Shown piece by piece: positions 27,215 to 40,607 of a DNA stretch of 64,000 nucleotides (within the stretch, counting starts at the first letter, position 1; each line of letters starts with the position of its first letter). The stretch is from Eledone cirrhosa. Lineage: Eukaryota. The stretch lies in NCBI GenBank assembly GCA_964016885.1, contig OZ024742.1, forward strand, positions 109,306,001 through 109,370,000. Direction: 5' to 3'. The notes below the pieces were generated by a model, which was not told where the DNA came from, did not search any database, and was given only the letters and a program-made list of their open reading frames with translations. The position numbers and the translations under genes were made by a program.

Positions 27215-28400
27215 GAGTACATGATACCACTGACAATGATCTTGAGAAAAGTTAAGGCTGGGTATGAATTCAAAGGTCGCCAGCAAAAAGTCAACCACTT
27301 ATTATTCGTGGATGGCCTCAAGCTTTCTGGTAAAAATGAATCCCAGCTTAGTTCCCTCGTTGATACAATGTATACAGTGCTGACATCAGAATGGAGTTCG
27401 GATTAAAAAAGTGCAATGTATTTATCTTGAACAGAGCCAAAATTAAAATCATTGGGTGGGGTGCCATCAGGAAAGGTGATGAAGCAAATAAAACAGGAAG
27501 GTTAAAAATACTTAAGGATATTGAAGTTGATAAGATAATGCAGGAGGAAATGAAAGAAACAATTAGGGTGGAATACATGCGAAGACTGAGACTTCGTCTC
27601 AAATCAAAACTGAATGGATGGAATAAGATGGAAGCTATCAATACATGGGCGGTATCACTCCTTAGATATGAGGCGGAGGTGATCACGTGGTTAGTAGATG
27701 AGGTAAACAATTTAGACCGAAAGACAAGAAAGATATTGAGTAGATATGTGATATTTCACCCAAAGAATGACACAGACAGATTATATGTACCAAGAAAAAT
27801 AGGAGGAAGAGGACTGATGGGGTATGAAGACAGCATTAGAACAGAAGAAAACAATATGGCATGGTATATAAAAAATTCCACAGAACCGTTGTTGCTGGAA
27901 GTAAGGTCAAGGATGTGCAAAATAAAAGATTGCATAGAAAAATCACAGTACAAGCATTTGAGGATGGATGAAACTGAAAGTAGGTGGACAGAAAAAATAT
28001 TGTATGGGCAATTTTATAGAGATGTTGAAGATAGGACAGAGAAAAAATGTGGTTATGGATGGCTAAAAGTGATATAATACCGGAAACAGAGGCCTTAATC
28101 TATGCTGCTCAAGAACAAGCACTAAGAACTAACTACATCAAGCATAGAGGAGACTACACGGCAGAAAGGAATAAGTGTAGAATTTGTGGCATGAATAGAG
28201 AAACTGTATGACATATGATCAGCCAATGTACAGCACTAATTCAGAAAGAATATAAGAGATGTCACGACAACATAGCAAGGATAGTCCATTGGGGATTTTG
28301 TTGCAAATATGCACTTGACAGAGCAGAAAGGTGGTGTGAACATAACCCTGAGGGCGTTATCGAAAATGATAATGCAAAATCCTGTAGGACTTTGTAATCT
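27215..28400 (+). pseudogene. Decayed R4/Dong-type LINE (RT C-terminus and CCHC knuckle)
   Basis: MIPLTMILRKVKAGY..NHLLFVDGLKL, AINTWAVSLLRY, LDRKTRK, DRLYVPRKIGGRGL and CRICG..HMISQC; collinear with the 40713-44105 protein. Confidence 0.85.
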
Positions 28401-29804
28401 GTTAGAACACGAAAAGTGTGAAACAACAGAATGTTCACTTTTCGTGTTCTAACATATATGCCTAGCTTCTTTAAAAAATTTTCGGGGATAGCCGTGGTGG
28501 TGGTGATCGTATGTCATTGGCTAATTTTCAACCAATCAGAGTACCTCTCTCTATATCTCTTCCACTGTTACTTACGCCTGTTTCTCTCTATCTGTTCCGT
28601 CTCTATATATATCTCTTACTCTTTCGCTTTGCACTCCTCCCCTTCAATACCATCTCTCCCCCTCTCTATATATTTGTTACTCTATCGCTGCACGCTCCTC
28701 TCCTTCAATATATCAATTACACACGCTTTACACTCCTTTATCCCCAGCGCCCCTATATATACACCCCCCCTCTCCCGCATCTATATTTTAATGTACCGTT
28801 GCACCGTGAATATATGTGTCTATATATATATACATATATATTGTATATACACATTCATGTATGTGTATACACACTCATGTATGTATATACACTGGTTTTA
28901 TGTGTGTATTGTAAATTTGTACTGTTAAAACACGAAACTAACATTCGATTGACACTTTGATTACCTGTACAGGCAATAGTTATTAGAATGCTGTTGAAGT
29001 GTGTATATATTTTACAATATATATTTTACATTATATATAATACAATAAACAGATAAATACACACATATATATATGAGCTTATTTAATTATAAATATTGTG
29101 AATTTTTAACTCAGTTCAATTATATATATATAAATGGCTTCTACAGGACTAGAACTGTTTCATTCGAAAGAAATCATCATAATATTGAGAGGGGGGACTA
29201 GATAAAATATTTCAAATCAAATGTGTATAAGTTATAAGTTAAAATGTATAAATAGAGACGATAGTGGAGGTATATCTGTTTAGTGGAACAGTAGACGATA
29301 GAATTAAATACAGACGAGAATCTCCCTTTAATGAAACAGCAGACGATAGAATTAAGGCAATTTAAATTTTAAGCATTTGCATTTTTGCCTTTCATCGTTA
29401 CGGGGTCGATAAAATAAAGTACCAGTAATACACTGTCACTAGACGACTTTCAAATTGAATTGTTGGTTCCATTTCTTTAGTATTTTCAATTGTAGTTATC
29501 TACTTAAAAAGCGTTACACGGTTAGAGACATAATTCGTAAGTTATATCTTCCCTATTAAACCATTGCATTATTTCGCCTACAATAGAACAAAAATGAAAT
29601 GTTCTTTAAAGAAACAGGAATATAACTTTATAAAAAAAAAAGTTGCATCCGCTTCTTTTATCATTGATAATTTTTTCGTTTTAATATTAATCGTTTTTTG
29701 TAGTTGTTTATATTAAAAATCTTACTGTAATATTTACTTAAACGAAGGCAAACATCTAAACTTATAGATTAATCTTGAGCGAAGGACTAGATAAATCTCT
29801 CTCC

Positions 29805-29856
<52 letters not shown>

Positions 29857-30972
29857 GAAGAATGATAAAATTTCAAGCAAAGAGTTTAATTAGGTATATT
29901 TTGTAATATTATTAACTAATTATTATAATTAACGCGCATATTTTGCTATCCTCAAACACGTTTACACATGGCATGAAATATAACTAATCCGAGATGGCTA
30001 GGTTTCATCTTCTAACTGGATATACGAAATCCATTATGTCTTGACAACAACATGAGGTAACATTATGTTATTCACAGACACACTTTGTACACTGTTCCAT
30101 ATCAGAATGTATTTCCTTCGTCACATTCACAAACAGTATTGAAAATATGTTCTTCGGCAAATAAAAATGTTTTGTTCATAATATTTCAACTAGCGATTGC
30201 TCTACTCCACGCACGACCACCATAAATTAATGACCAGCTCAACACAAGTATTGGTAGAGCGTCAGACACCATGCTTTGCAGTATTGTTATGGTCCTTTGC
30301 ATTCTAAGTTCAAATCCTGCCGAGGTTAACTTCGACTTTCATACTTACTAATTCGATAAAATAAAGTACCAGTAATGGACTGCCGTAATGGATTTGTGCC
30401 GAAAAATAGAAACACTATTAATGTGCAATAAGAGCAAAATATAACGACATTGCTCAATTATTTTATCTAATGTTGTAATAACACAAGGAAATGTTGTTTG
30501 TGTATTTTTTTTTATATTTGCTCATAGGCTTTTACAATTTCGCTCAGCCAACAACTATTAAAAAGTGAGTTGCTTAAGATAACAATTTAATCACAAATTG
30601 TTGCTATCTTTTAATACACTCCAACAAGTCATCAAATTATGTACAATAAAAACAAATCTTATTAATTTGCTCAGGGAATATAAAGAAAATGTATATACAC
30701 TGATAATTGCAATTGTATGTAAATATTTTGTTTTTGTATTGTATATTTTATGTTTTCTATTATGTATAATATATTGATTTAATATTGATTGTTTTTTGTA
30801 GTTGTTTATATTAAAAGTCTGAAAATATTTTTATACATCTTACACTAATATTTATAAGATAATTTATAATAACAATTACATAATCTAATTACATTACAAC
30901 GATAATTTATTATTAATATATATCCTGTTTAACTAGAGTTATTACAAGCGTTGCCTTAAAAAAATATTAAAC

Positions 30973-31925
30973 TAGACATGAAAAATGCGCAAGCTCAAAA
31001 GTGCCACAGAATGTTATAATAAACCTTCAAAAGTGTGGGACTAGAGTTGTTGCTAAAAAATATTGTAATCATTATATATCGTACATTCTGTGGCATCCTT
31101 TATAAAAATAGCTTAAACCAACGAAGCCTTTATTTTTACGCTATTTCACTTAGTTAATTCTTAGAGTGTAACATATAAAAATAAATACATCTATGTTTAA
31201 TGTAATAACAGCTATAAATAATTACGTAATATTATTATCATATACTCATAGTAACAAAATAATTGTGTTGAAACTTAATATGATGCTTATATGAACGATC
31301 AAATCTATAATGATAATTTCTTAAATATACTAATAGTAAAATAATTTAGTTATCTATTGTTACATTTTCATAGAACTATAATATTAACAATCGTATTGCA
31401 TTATCAAATTTTTATCACTACAAACTTTCATATTGGAATTACCTTAAGCCACTTATTATTACTTCGCTTTCGTACTTTTACAGCTGTAGATATTGCGCTG
31501 TATCTTATATCTAATATCAATATCTCGTGGTAATTTGCATGAAGTGTAAAATAGGTTTATTAATAACTTTAATATGAAATGTATTATACAGGGCTGCGGA
31601 GTCGGCCAAAAATTGACTGGCTCCAACTCAGGATCCGATACTCCATTATTTCCTAAATTTCAGCTCCGCAGCTCTGTTATTATATTAATTAATTTATTTT
31701 ATAGTTGTAAATCATATTTTTATATGTTACACTCTAAGAATTAACTAAGTGAAATAGCGTAAAAATAAAGGCTTCGTTGGTTTAAGCTATTTTTATAAAG
31801 GATGCCACAGAATGTACGATATATAATGATTACAATATTTTTTAGCAACAACTCTAGTCCCACACTTTTGAAGGTTTATTATAACATTCTGTGGCACTTT
31901 TGAGCTTGCGCATTTTTCATGTCTA
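30973..31925. mobile_element. Fold-back / MITE-like element with ~210-bp perfect terminal inverted repeats
   Basis: 30973-31182 is the reverse complement of ~31716-31925 (TAGACATG...CATGTCTA), around an AT-rich non-coding spacer. Confidence 0.75.
31589..31676. mobile_element. Very small hAT-like MITE
   Basis: TIRs CAGGGCTGCGGAG / CTCCGCAGCTCTG and a near-identical 8-bp TSD (GTATTATA / TTATTATA). Confidence 0.7.
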
Positions 31926-32300
31926 TACAATATGACCATGAGATTTAACATAGGAGACAGGATATTGTATTAATTGAGAGAGAAAGCAAACAGTGTTGGA
32001 TCATATATATATAGCCTGTCCAGCTGATAACAAGGTATGTGATAAAGAAGGAAAGATATCGATAGATATGACAGGTTAGCTTGGGAGGTTAAGCAGTTGT
32101 GGTGACTGAAAAAGGTGGTAATACCAATAATAGTCGGAGTTTTAGAAACAGCGAGTAAAGATCTTGAGAGGTTCATTAAACAAATAGGGATTGCAATTGA
32201 AGGGTACTCGAAAAATAAGGGGTGTTACCTCAGTTCACTGGTAGTGAACAGCTAACACTGTAATACATTTTCAGCGTTAGAAGCTGAACAAAGAAACAAT
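31925..32300 (+). pseudogene. Decayed R4/Dong LINE restriction-like endonuclease C-terminus and 3' UTR
   Basis: IQYDHEI*HRRQDIVLIE..ACPADNKV..DRYDRLAWEVKQLW..VIPIIVGVL, followed by an AAT-rich tail. Confidence 0.75.
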
Positions 32301-32309
32301 AATAACAAT

Positions 32310-32520
32310 AATTGTTTCGACTTTAGGCACGAGGCCAGAAATTTTGGGGAAAGTTGAGTAAATCGAGCCAGTGTTTTACTGGTACTTTATTTCATCAACC
32401 TCATAAGGATGAATGGCAAAGCTAAACCTCGGTGGGATTTGAACTCAGAACGTAAAGGGTCGTAACTCTATGCTACACAACATGTTGTCCGGCGCGCTAC
32501 GGATGCTGCCAATCCCCCTC
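32310..32520 (-). mobile_element. SINE family A
   Basis: Same A/B-box head and body. Further copies at ~26160-26310(-), ~30250-30420(+), ~34270-34410(+), ~34485-34680(+) and ~61130-61320(-). Confidence 0.8.
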
Positions 32521-33133
32521 CCTAGTAACAATAATAATAATTATGATGATGATGATTATGATGATGATGATGATGATGACGGTAATGATATCATAATTAG
32601 ACGAACAAAAATGCAAAAACAAAGTCTCGATGTTTATTAATGGTGACCGTTGCTTTGAGAATCGATAGATCTAGAGAAAAGAATATATATATTGTATATA
32701 TATATTTCGGATCGATATATGATATAGCTATCATGCACACATACGCATTTATATATCAAAAAGAGATCGATATATAAAATAGCGACCATGCATACACACA
32801 TGCATATATGCATATACACACACATATGCATATACACACATATATATATGTGTATGCGTGTGTATGCATATACACAAACACACACACACGCACGCACACG
32901 CACAAATATACATATATACATATACATATATATGTATATATATATATATATGTGTGTGTGTGTAAATATATATATATAATATATATATATATATATCGAT
33001 ATATACATCAATATTTTTCAATCAGAGATCGGGCTCTCAATTAATAGATAGATGATCGTCTAATATTGAACAGTACTCGCATAGATCAAGTTAATGGAAT
33101 ATGACAAAAATGAATGAATTTGGTAGTACATAG

Positions 33134-33178
<45 letters not shown>

Positions 33179-33756
33179 AGTGTGTGTATGTGTGTGTTTG
33201 TGTGTTTGTGAGTGTGAGTCTGTGTCTGTTGTGTATCTGTCTGTGTATGTGTGTGCATACTCATACATACATATACATAAATAGATAAAGGTTGGATGGT
33301 TGGATGGTAGGAAACGATATGCGTTGTAAAAATTCCCAAATAAGTAAAAACTATTGATAAGATAAAAGAAAATAAATACATTAAAATATAAATATATATG
33401 TATAATAAAAATGATAATAATGACACAAAAGTTTTTCAATTATCACAGTGAGAATGCTACAGGCAATAGTGTGACGCAGTGGAAGAAAAAAGGGACATTA
33501 TGTTGTTCTCAAACGAAAATTGGTGTCTCGAATATTTCAAGACATATAATATATATAATATGTTGAAGAGAACCAAGGCGTAGAAAGATGAAAGATGCAA
33601 TATTTCTTCTAAAACAGTGAAAAATGTCTTTCTTTTTAAGGTAGTTTCTTTGTTGTTTTTTAAGTATTAAAAGTTTTGTTGTTTCTTGTTCAAGTTAGTG
33701 ACACGCTCAACATAACACTTACATACATGACTCTCAACACAAAATGCACTCCTAAA

Positions 33757-33757
33757 C

Positions 33758-33792
<35 letters not shown>

Positions 33793-33838
33793 CCGATGCA
33801 ACTATCAACACCACCACTGTGATCACCACCATCATCAC

Positions 33839-33894
<56 letters not shown>

Positions 33895-33990
33895 CCGTTA
33901 TACAACTATCAACACCACCACTGCCATCATCGTCATCATCATCATCATCATCACCAATGCAACTATCAACACCACCTCTGTCATCACCAC

Positions 33991-34041
<51 letters not shown>

Positions 34042-34077
34042 TATCATCATCATCATCATCGTCATTATCATCATCAC

Positions 34078-34118
<41 letters not shown>

Positions 34119-34270
34119 CCGTTATACAACTATCAACATCACCACTGCCATCATCATCATCATCATCATCATTATTGTTGTCATCATCATCATTATCATC
34201 GATATCACCAACACCATCATTACCTCCACCACCATCATAATAGTCTTCAGAAGCATGATCATCATCATTA
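33757..34270. repeat. (CAT)n microsatellite with a higher-order ~30-bp interrupting unit
   Basis: CACC(G/A)..(T/G)(A/G)CAACTATCAACA(C/T)CACC.CTG recurs four times (~33790, 33892, 33951, 34117) between variable CAT runs. Confidence 0.8.
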
Positions 34271-35331
34271 CCACGGCCCTTTACGGTCTGAGTTCAAATC
34301 CCGCCGAGGTTAACTTTGCCTTTCATCCTTACGGGGGGGTCGATAAAATAAAGTACCAGTAATGTACTGGGGTAATTGCTGGCCTTGTGCCTAAAGTAGA
34401 AACAATTATTAACACAACACAATCACCATCACTACCGTGTTATTGACTATATGTCTCTTTTTATTATTGTTGCTGTTGTAATGAGGGTGGTGGATCGGCA
34501 GTATCGGTAGAGAGTCGGAGACCATGCTTTGCAGCATAGAGTTACGGCCCTTTACGGTCTGGTTTTTCATCCTTACGGGGTCGATGAAATAAAGTACCAG
34601 TAAAGTACTGGGTCGATTTAGTCGACTCCCCCCCCCAAAAAAAAAAGATTACTGGCCTTGTGCCTATACTAGAAATCATTATTGTTGCTGTTGTTGTAGT
34701 TGTTGTTGTTGTTGTTACTGCTGCTGTTGTTGATGTTGTTGTTAATATCGTCGGTTTGTTTTGTTGATGTTGTTGTGATTGTAGTTGTTAATGTTGTTGG
34801 TGTTATTGTAGTTGTTAATGTTGTTGATGTTATTGCTGTTGATGTCTTTGTTGAAGTTGTTTTTATTGTTACTGATGTTGCTGTTGTTGTTGTTGTTGTT
34901 GATGATGATGATGATGTTGATGTTGATCTTGGTGGTGTTGCTGTCGTTGAGCTTGCTGCTGTTGCTGCTGTTGTTGCTGGTGTTGCTGTTGCTGGTGTTG
35001 CTGTTGCTGGTGTTGCTGGTGTTGCTGCTGTGATGTGATTGATATTTATGTTGTTGTTGTCGTTACGCTATTGAAGTTGTTGTTGTTGCTGCTTTCAGAG
35101 TTGTCTTTTATGAAACAGACGTTATTTTCCATGGTGTAATTTCGAATTTGTTTGACGGTTTATAATTGAAAAAAAAAGAGAAGACGAAAATATTTCATTT
35201 TCTTTTCACAAAAATTTGATATATGAAAGCCAGGAGTTTGAATGATGGAAGTAGGATAGAGTTAAGGGTAAATACTAGGACGAAGGAAAAAAGAGGAGGA
35301 AATAAAGAAAGCAAAATAATTATGTGATTTC

Positions 35332-35382
<51 letters not shown>

Positions 35383-36392
35383 CTCTCTCTATATATATAT
35401 ATATATGAGTGTGTGTATGTGTGTGTGTGTGTGTGTGTATACGTGTGTGTGCGCGCCCGAGTGTGTGTGTGTGTGTGCGTTTGTGTATGTATGTTTACAT
35501 ATGTATATATGTATAAATACATATATATATTTATTTATTGATTTATATATGTGTGTGTATGTATGTATGTATATATGTAAATACATACATACATACATAT
35601 ATACATGCATATAAATGTGTGTGTGTGTATATGTAAAGGTATGTAGCTTAGTGGTTAGACTGTTGGACTCACTATGATATAAAGTCAAGCATTTGATTCC
35701 TAGCCCAAGCGCTACGTTGTATTGTTAAGCAAAATTCTTTATTTCATATTACAGGTTGCAGATAGTACCAACAATGGAAAGACAATGGGAACATTGATTC
35801 CTTGGTCTCATCTAATGGTCGGTTCCATTCCATTATATATATTAGTACTCCAGTTCTAATTGAGTAACAACTGCTAGATTACAGAAGCGACAAACATACA
35901 CGAACTCCAGTCAAAACTAAACAGAAGATATCAGTGGAATAGCAACAACCTCACACAAGTAACTAAGGACAAGGCAAAAACATACAGAGACACACAAGAA
36001 CTAAACTAATAAAAGAAACCAGAAACACACAGATAGAACAAGTAACCAACTAGTGACAAGTAAATAAGCATGTAAATAAATAAACAAATAAATATAATTT
36101 TAATAAATAGATAAAAACAAACACAAACCGGGACACGGCACATAGGCAGCCAAAGTACACATCTCACAAAAACAAGATGATGTAAGAGGGAAAAAAGAAG
36201 AGACACAAAATAAAAACAAACGTAGTCATTGAGGAGGTCACAGAATGTGTGACGAAAGAGCTTTGATGACAATTAATAACTAAGCAACCATCCGGTTATT
36301 AAACTAACCAACTGAGAGTTTAAAATAATAAATTGATGTAAAATCCAAAAGTACGTGTGACTTTTACTGGCAGCATGACTCTCCAAAAGTAT

Positions 36393-36431
<39 letters not shown>

Positions 36432-36713
36432 GTCGATCGACGAGACACCAGTCCTCGTTTGCTTAACGAGTGGAGTGGAGCTCGTCAAATCGGACAGATG
36501 AAACAATGTTTCCATTTGTCTTTCCAATTGATAATACTATCTACCGGTCGCAAATCCAAGAAATAAAGTGTCATGCTCAAGGGCATAACCCATCGCGCGG
36601 TCCTGGAATCAAACTCACAACTGCATGATTGCGAATCCAATTCTATAATCACTTACCCACGCAGCTTCACACACACAAACATATATATTTATATATATAT
36701 ACATATATATATG

Positions 36714-36791
<78 letters not shown>

Positions 36792-36908
36792 GGTATATGA
36801 TTTTTAATGCAATGAAATATCTATGATCGTTGGCAAATCACTGATGAGGGACTCATTTTATAACATGTTATCCATGTGCAACCTGCAGTATTCTTCTCCC
36901 CATTTTTT

Positions 36909-36987
<79 letters not shown>

Positions 36988-36993
36988 TTATAC

Positions 36994-37032
<39 letters not shown>

Positions 37033-37178
37033 AGGATTAGAATACTGGAGCGTGTTTGAGTCAAACACCCTCTTCGTATTATAGAAATGACAGTAAAAGG
37101 TATAGCTCAATGCAGTTAAACAGAGCCGAAAAATTAAGAGAGTAAAACAAAGAATCCTTTAATACATCAAAAGTTTTT

Positions 37179-37223
37179 ATTAGCCGACAATGTTTCGTCC
37201 TATTAAGGACTCATCAGGGCAAT
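37179..37223 (-). ncRNA. Minimal type I hammerhead ribozyme
   Basis: GCC-CUGAUGA-GUCC-UUAAUA-GGAC-GAAAC-AUU-GUC-GGC. Confidence 0.9.
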
Positions 37224-37548
37224 CAAAACAACAAGAGGTAATTTCGGCAGATACAAGCCAGAAACTCTGAAGAATATGGAGTCTACATACACTAATGTCT
37301 TACAAAGATATACGATAATAAAAATGAAGATAAAAATAATAAAATTATAATAACTAAGGATGTAGATAACATTAAGAACCATATTACAAATATAGTCCAA
37401 AGTCACCAACTTAAATCTAAACAAATTTGGTTATAGAGCAGGAATTATATATAACACAGTATAATACATTATAATAATAATATATCTATACCAACATTAA
37501 AATTCCAAATTAAAAATCAAAAGGTACAATATATACATGTATATATGT

Positions 37549-37600
<52 letters not shown>

Positions 37601-38580
37601 TACAATACACATATCTATTTTCTATTACACAGAAATTAAGCCCTATTGGAAGTTTGAACATCAAAAATATCAAAAATAAGCATGGTAATAGTGAAAATAA
37701 TGCTAATACATCTACCCAATATACATGAGGCAATAATTACAAGAAACACTTATAATAAATAATAAACAACAAAATTATATAATACAATACAATATAATAA
37801 AGTAGAATATATAATCCCCGGTTAATTTACAGAAACAATATAGATGTCACAGTGAAATTCAATGATAAAATGTTAACATTATATTAACAATTACCATAAA
37901 CAATATGTACAACATGATTCATATGTCTGTCTACTAACCTTGAAATTATAAGTATTTATTTATATATTATATGCCAATTTTTAAAATATATTACATTACG
38001 ATATAGATCCTTATTACTTACCGTTTATTATATATAACATTAAGATAGTTAAACTTTATATTTTTTAATATTTTAATATTGTAATATGTAACATTATGGT
38101 ATTTAGACTTTACATATCATGTTGGATGTCTATATTTTTTCTGTAACAACATATTTTTTCTGTAACATCATAATTGTTCCCTGTACCAATATAGTTTTTT
38201 GAGTATTATTGTATTATATTATATGATTGATATTTCCTCATTTATTATGTAACCCAGTATGAATCATGTTGTACATATTGTTTATGCTAATTGTTAATAT
38301 AATGTTAACATTTTATCATTGAATTTCACTGTGACATCTATATTGTTTCTGTAAATTAACCGGGGATTATATATTCTACTTTATTATATTGTATTGTATT
38401 ATATAATTTTGTTGTTTATTATTTATTATAAGTGTTTCTTGTAATTATTGCCTCATGTATATTGGGTAGATGTATTAGCATTATTTTCACTATTACCATG
38501 CTTATTTTTGATATTTTTGATGTTCAAACTTCCAATAGGGCTTAATTTCTGTGTAATAGAAAATAGATATGTGTATTGTA

Positions 38581-38620
<40 letters not shown>

Positions 38621-38947
38621 ACATATATACATGTATATATTGTACCTTTTGATTTTTAATTTGGAATTTTAATGTTGGTATAGATATATTATTATTATAA
38701 TGTATTATACTGTGTTATATATAATTCCTGCTCTATATAACCAAATTTGTTTAGATTTAAGTTGGTGACTTTGGACTATATTTGTAATATGGTTCTTAAT
38801 GTTATCTACATCCTTAGTTATTATAATTTTATTATTTTTATCTTCATTTTTATTATCGTATATCTTTGTAAGACATTAGTGTATGTAGACTCCATATTCT
38901 TCAGAGTTTCTGGCTTGTATCTGCCGAAATTACCTCTTGTTGTTTTG

Positions 38948-38992
38948 ATTGCCCTGATGAGTCCTTAATAGGACGAAACATTGTCGGCTAAT
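38948..38992 (+). ncRNA. Minimal type I hammerhead ribozyme
   Basis: GCC-CUGAUGA-GUCC-UUAAUA-GGAC-GAAAC-AUU-GUC-GGC: canonical core with a 4-bp stem II. Confidence 0.9.
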
Positions 38993-39033
38993 AAAAACTT
39001 TTGATGTATTAAAGGATTCTTTGTTTTACTCTC

Positions 39034-39168
<135 letters not shown>

Positions 39169-39170
39169 TT

Positions 39171-39271
<101 letters not shown>

Positions 39272-39399
39272 AGAGAATATGCTCCGAAATCATTAGGCGT
39301 GTCCGTCGAACCTGCGGCTCCAGAATCAGACAGGTCCACACAATGATCGCGCCTCGAGCTGTCCGCCGGGGAAACAATTGTAACACACAATAAATTGAG

Positions 39400-40535
39400 T
39401 TCAGATGCATCACTGATTTTTCGTATTCTATCATACTCTGCTCTACATAGGACAGACAAAAAACAGCCTCCGACAACGTATGACCCTCCATAGATCACAA
39501 ATCAAAATACAGGAATACAGAAAGATTGCTTTAGTGAACATATCGCCAATTGTACACCTAACCAACATCCAAACTTTAAAATTTCCCCCATTTACAAATT
39601 CATAGACAACGCTTCTTTCATCCATCGTACCAATAAGGAAACGTACTTCATTAACAAATTCCAAGCTCTTCTTAATGGACTAAACTTCGGACTAAACTAA
39701 AACTGGAACGAACAATGAACCAAAACCAAATTCCTATGTTCTCTAAAGAGTTACCTCCCTCACACGCTACCTGATCCTTTTTCTTATATAAATGTATTAC
39801 CTCATCTTATTTCTCTCTCCTCTACCTGACCACCCTGAATTACCTCCACCTGCATATTAACTCTCTAAAAAGGGAAATCATATCAAACCCCAGACTACCA
39901 TTTGCCTCCATCATGGATCAACTAAGCACTCTTGCCATAATAACACATTTTGAACTGCTTATCTTCAAGAACTATGCCTGTAAATAATATTATTTTTCTT
40001 TCCTATTACCTTATCATGTTCCACATTACCCCCTTTTTTTCTTTTTTCTTTTTCTTTTTCTTTTTTCTTTTTTCTTTTTTCTTTTTTCTTTTTTCTTTTT
40101 TCTTTTTTCTTTTTTCTTTTTTCTTTTTTTCTTTTTTCTTTTTTCTTTTTTTCTTTTTTCTTTTTTCTTTTTTCTTTTTTCTTTTTTCTTTTTTCTTTTT
40201 TCTTTTTTCTTTTCACTTCAAAAACCTTGTTTGTAAATAATATTATTCTTTCTTCCCCATTTCCTTAACATGTTCAACATGACCAACATTTTACACCGAT
40301 ACAAATTCCCCCCTTTGATAATGCATAAAATGCTGAAACCGGTAATAGACAATTATTAAATATATAAATAAGTAAATAAATGCCCTCCCTTGTTAATTAA
40401 TAAATAAATTAACTAATACCTTCACACAAAATAAAATATTTTGTTTTAAACATTTTCTAACCCAGAAAAAAGAGAAAAATATAAAAGGGAAAAAAAAAAA
40501 ATTTTTCTTCCTAATAATCGTCTTTTTCTCCCTAT

Positions 40536-40540
<5 letters not shown>
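39400..40540 (+). pseudogene. Decayed PLE GIY-YIG C-terminus plus 3' UTR/pLTR
   Basis: From 39441 reads [21 protein letters not shown], then frameshifted SEHIANC..YKF..R..KETYFINKFQALLN*. Decayed HHR (UUGAUAA-UGCAU..AUGCU-GAAACCGGUA) at ~40315-40345; the terminal part recurs at ~52090-52320. Confidence 0.7.
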
Positions 40541-40579
<39 letters not shown>

Positions 40580-40607
40580 CAACTCGTGTGCTCCTTCTCC
40601 ACATTTT

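Noticed and set aside
33757-34150. Repeat-spacer pattern resembling a CRISPR array
   Set aside because: The spacers are just (CAT)n of variable length, there are no cas genes, and the context is eukaryotic.
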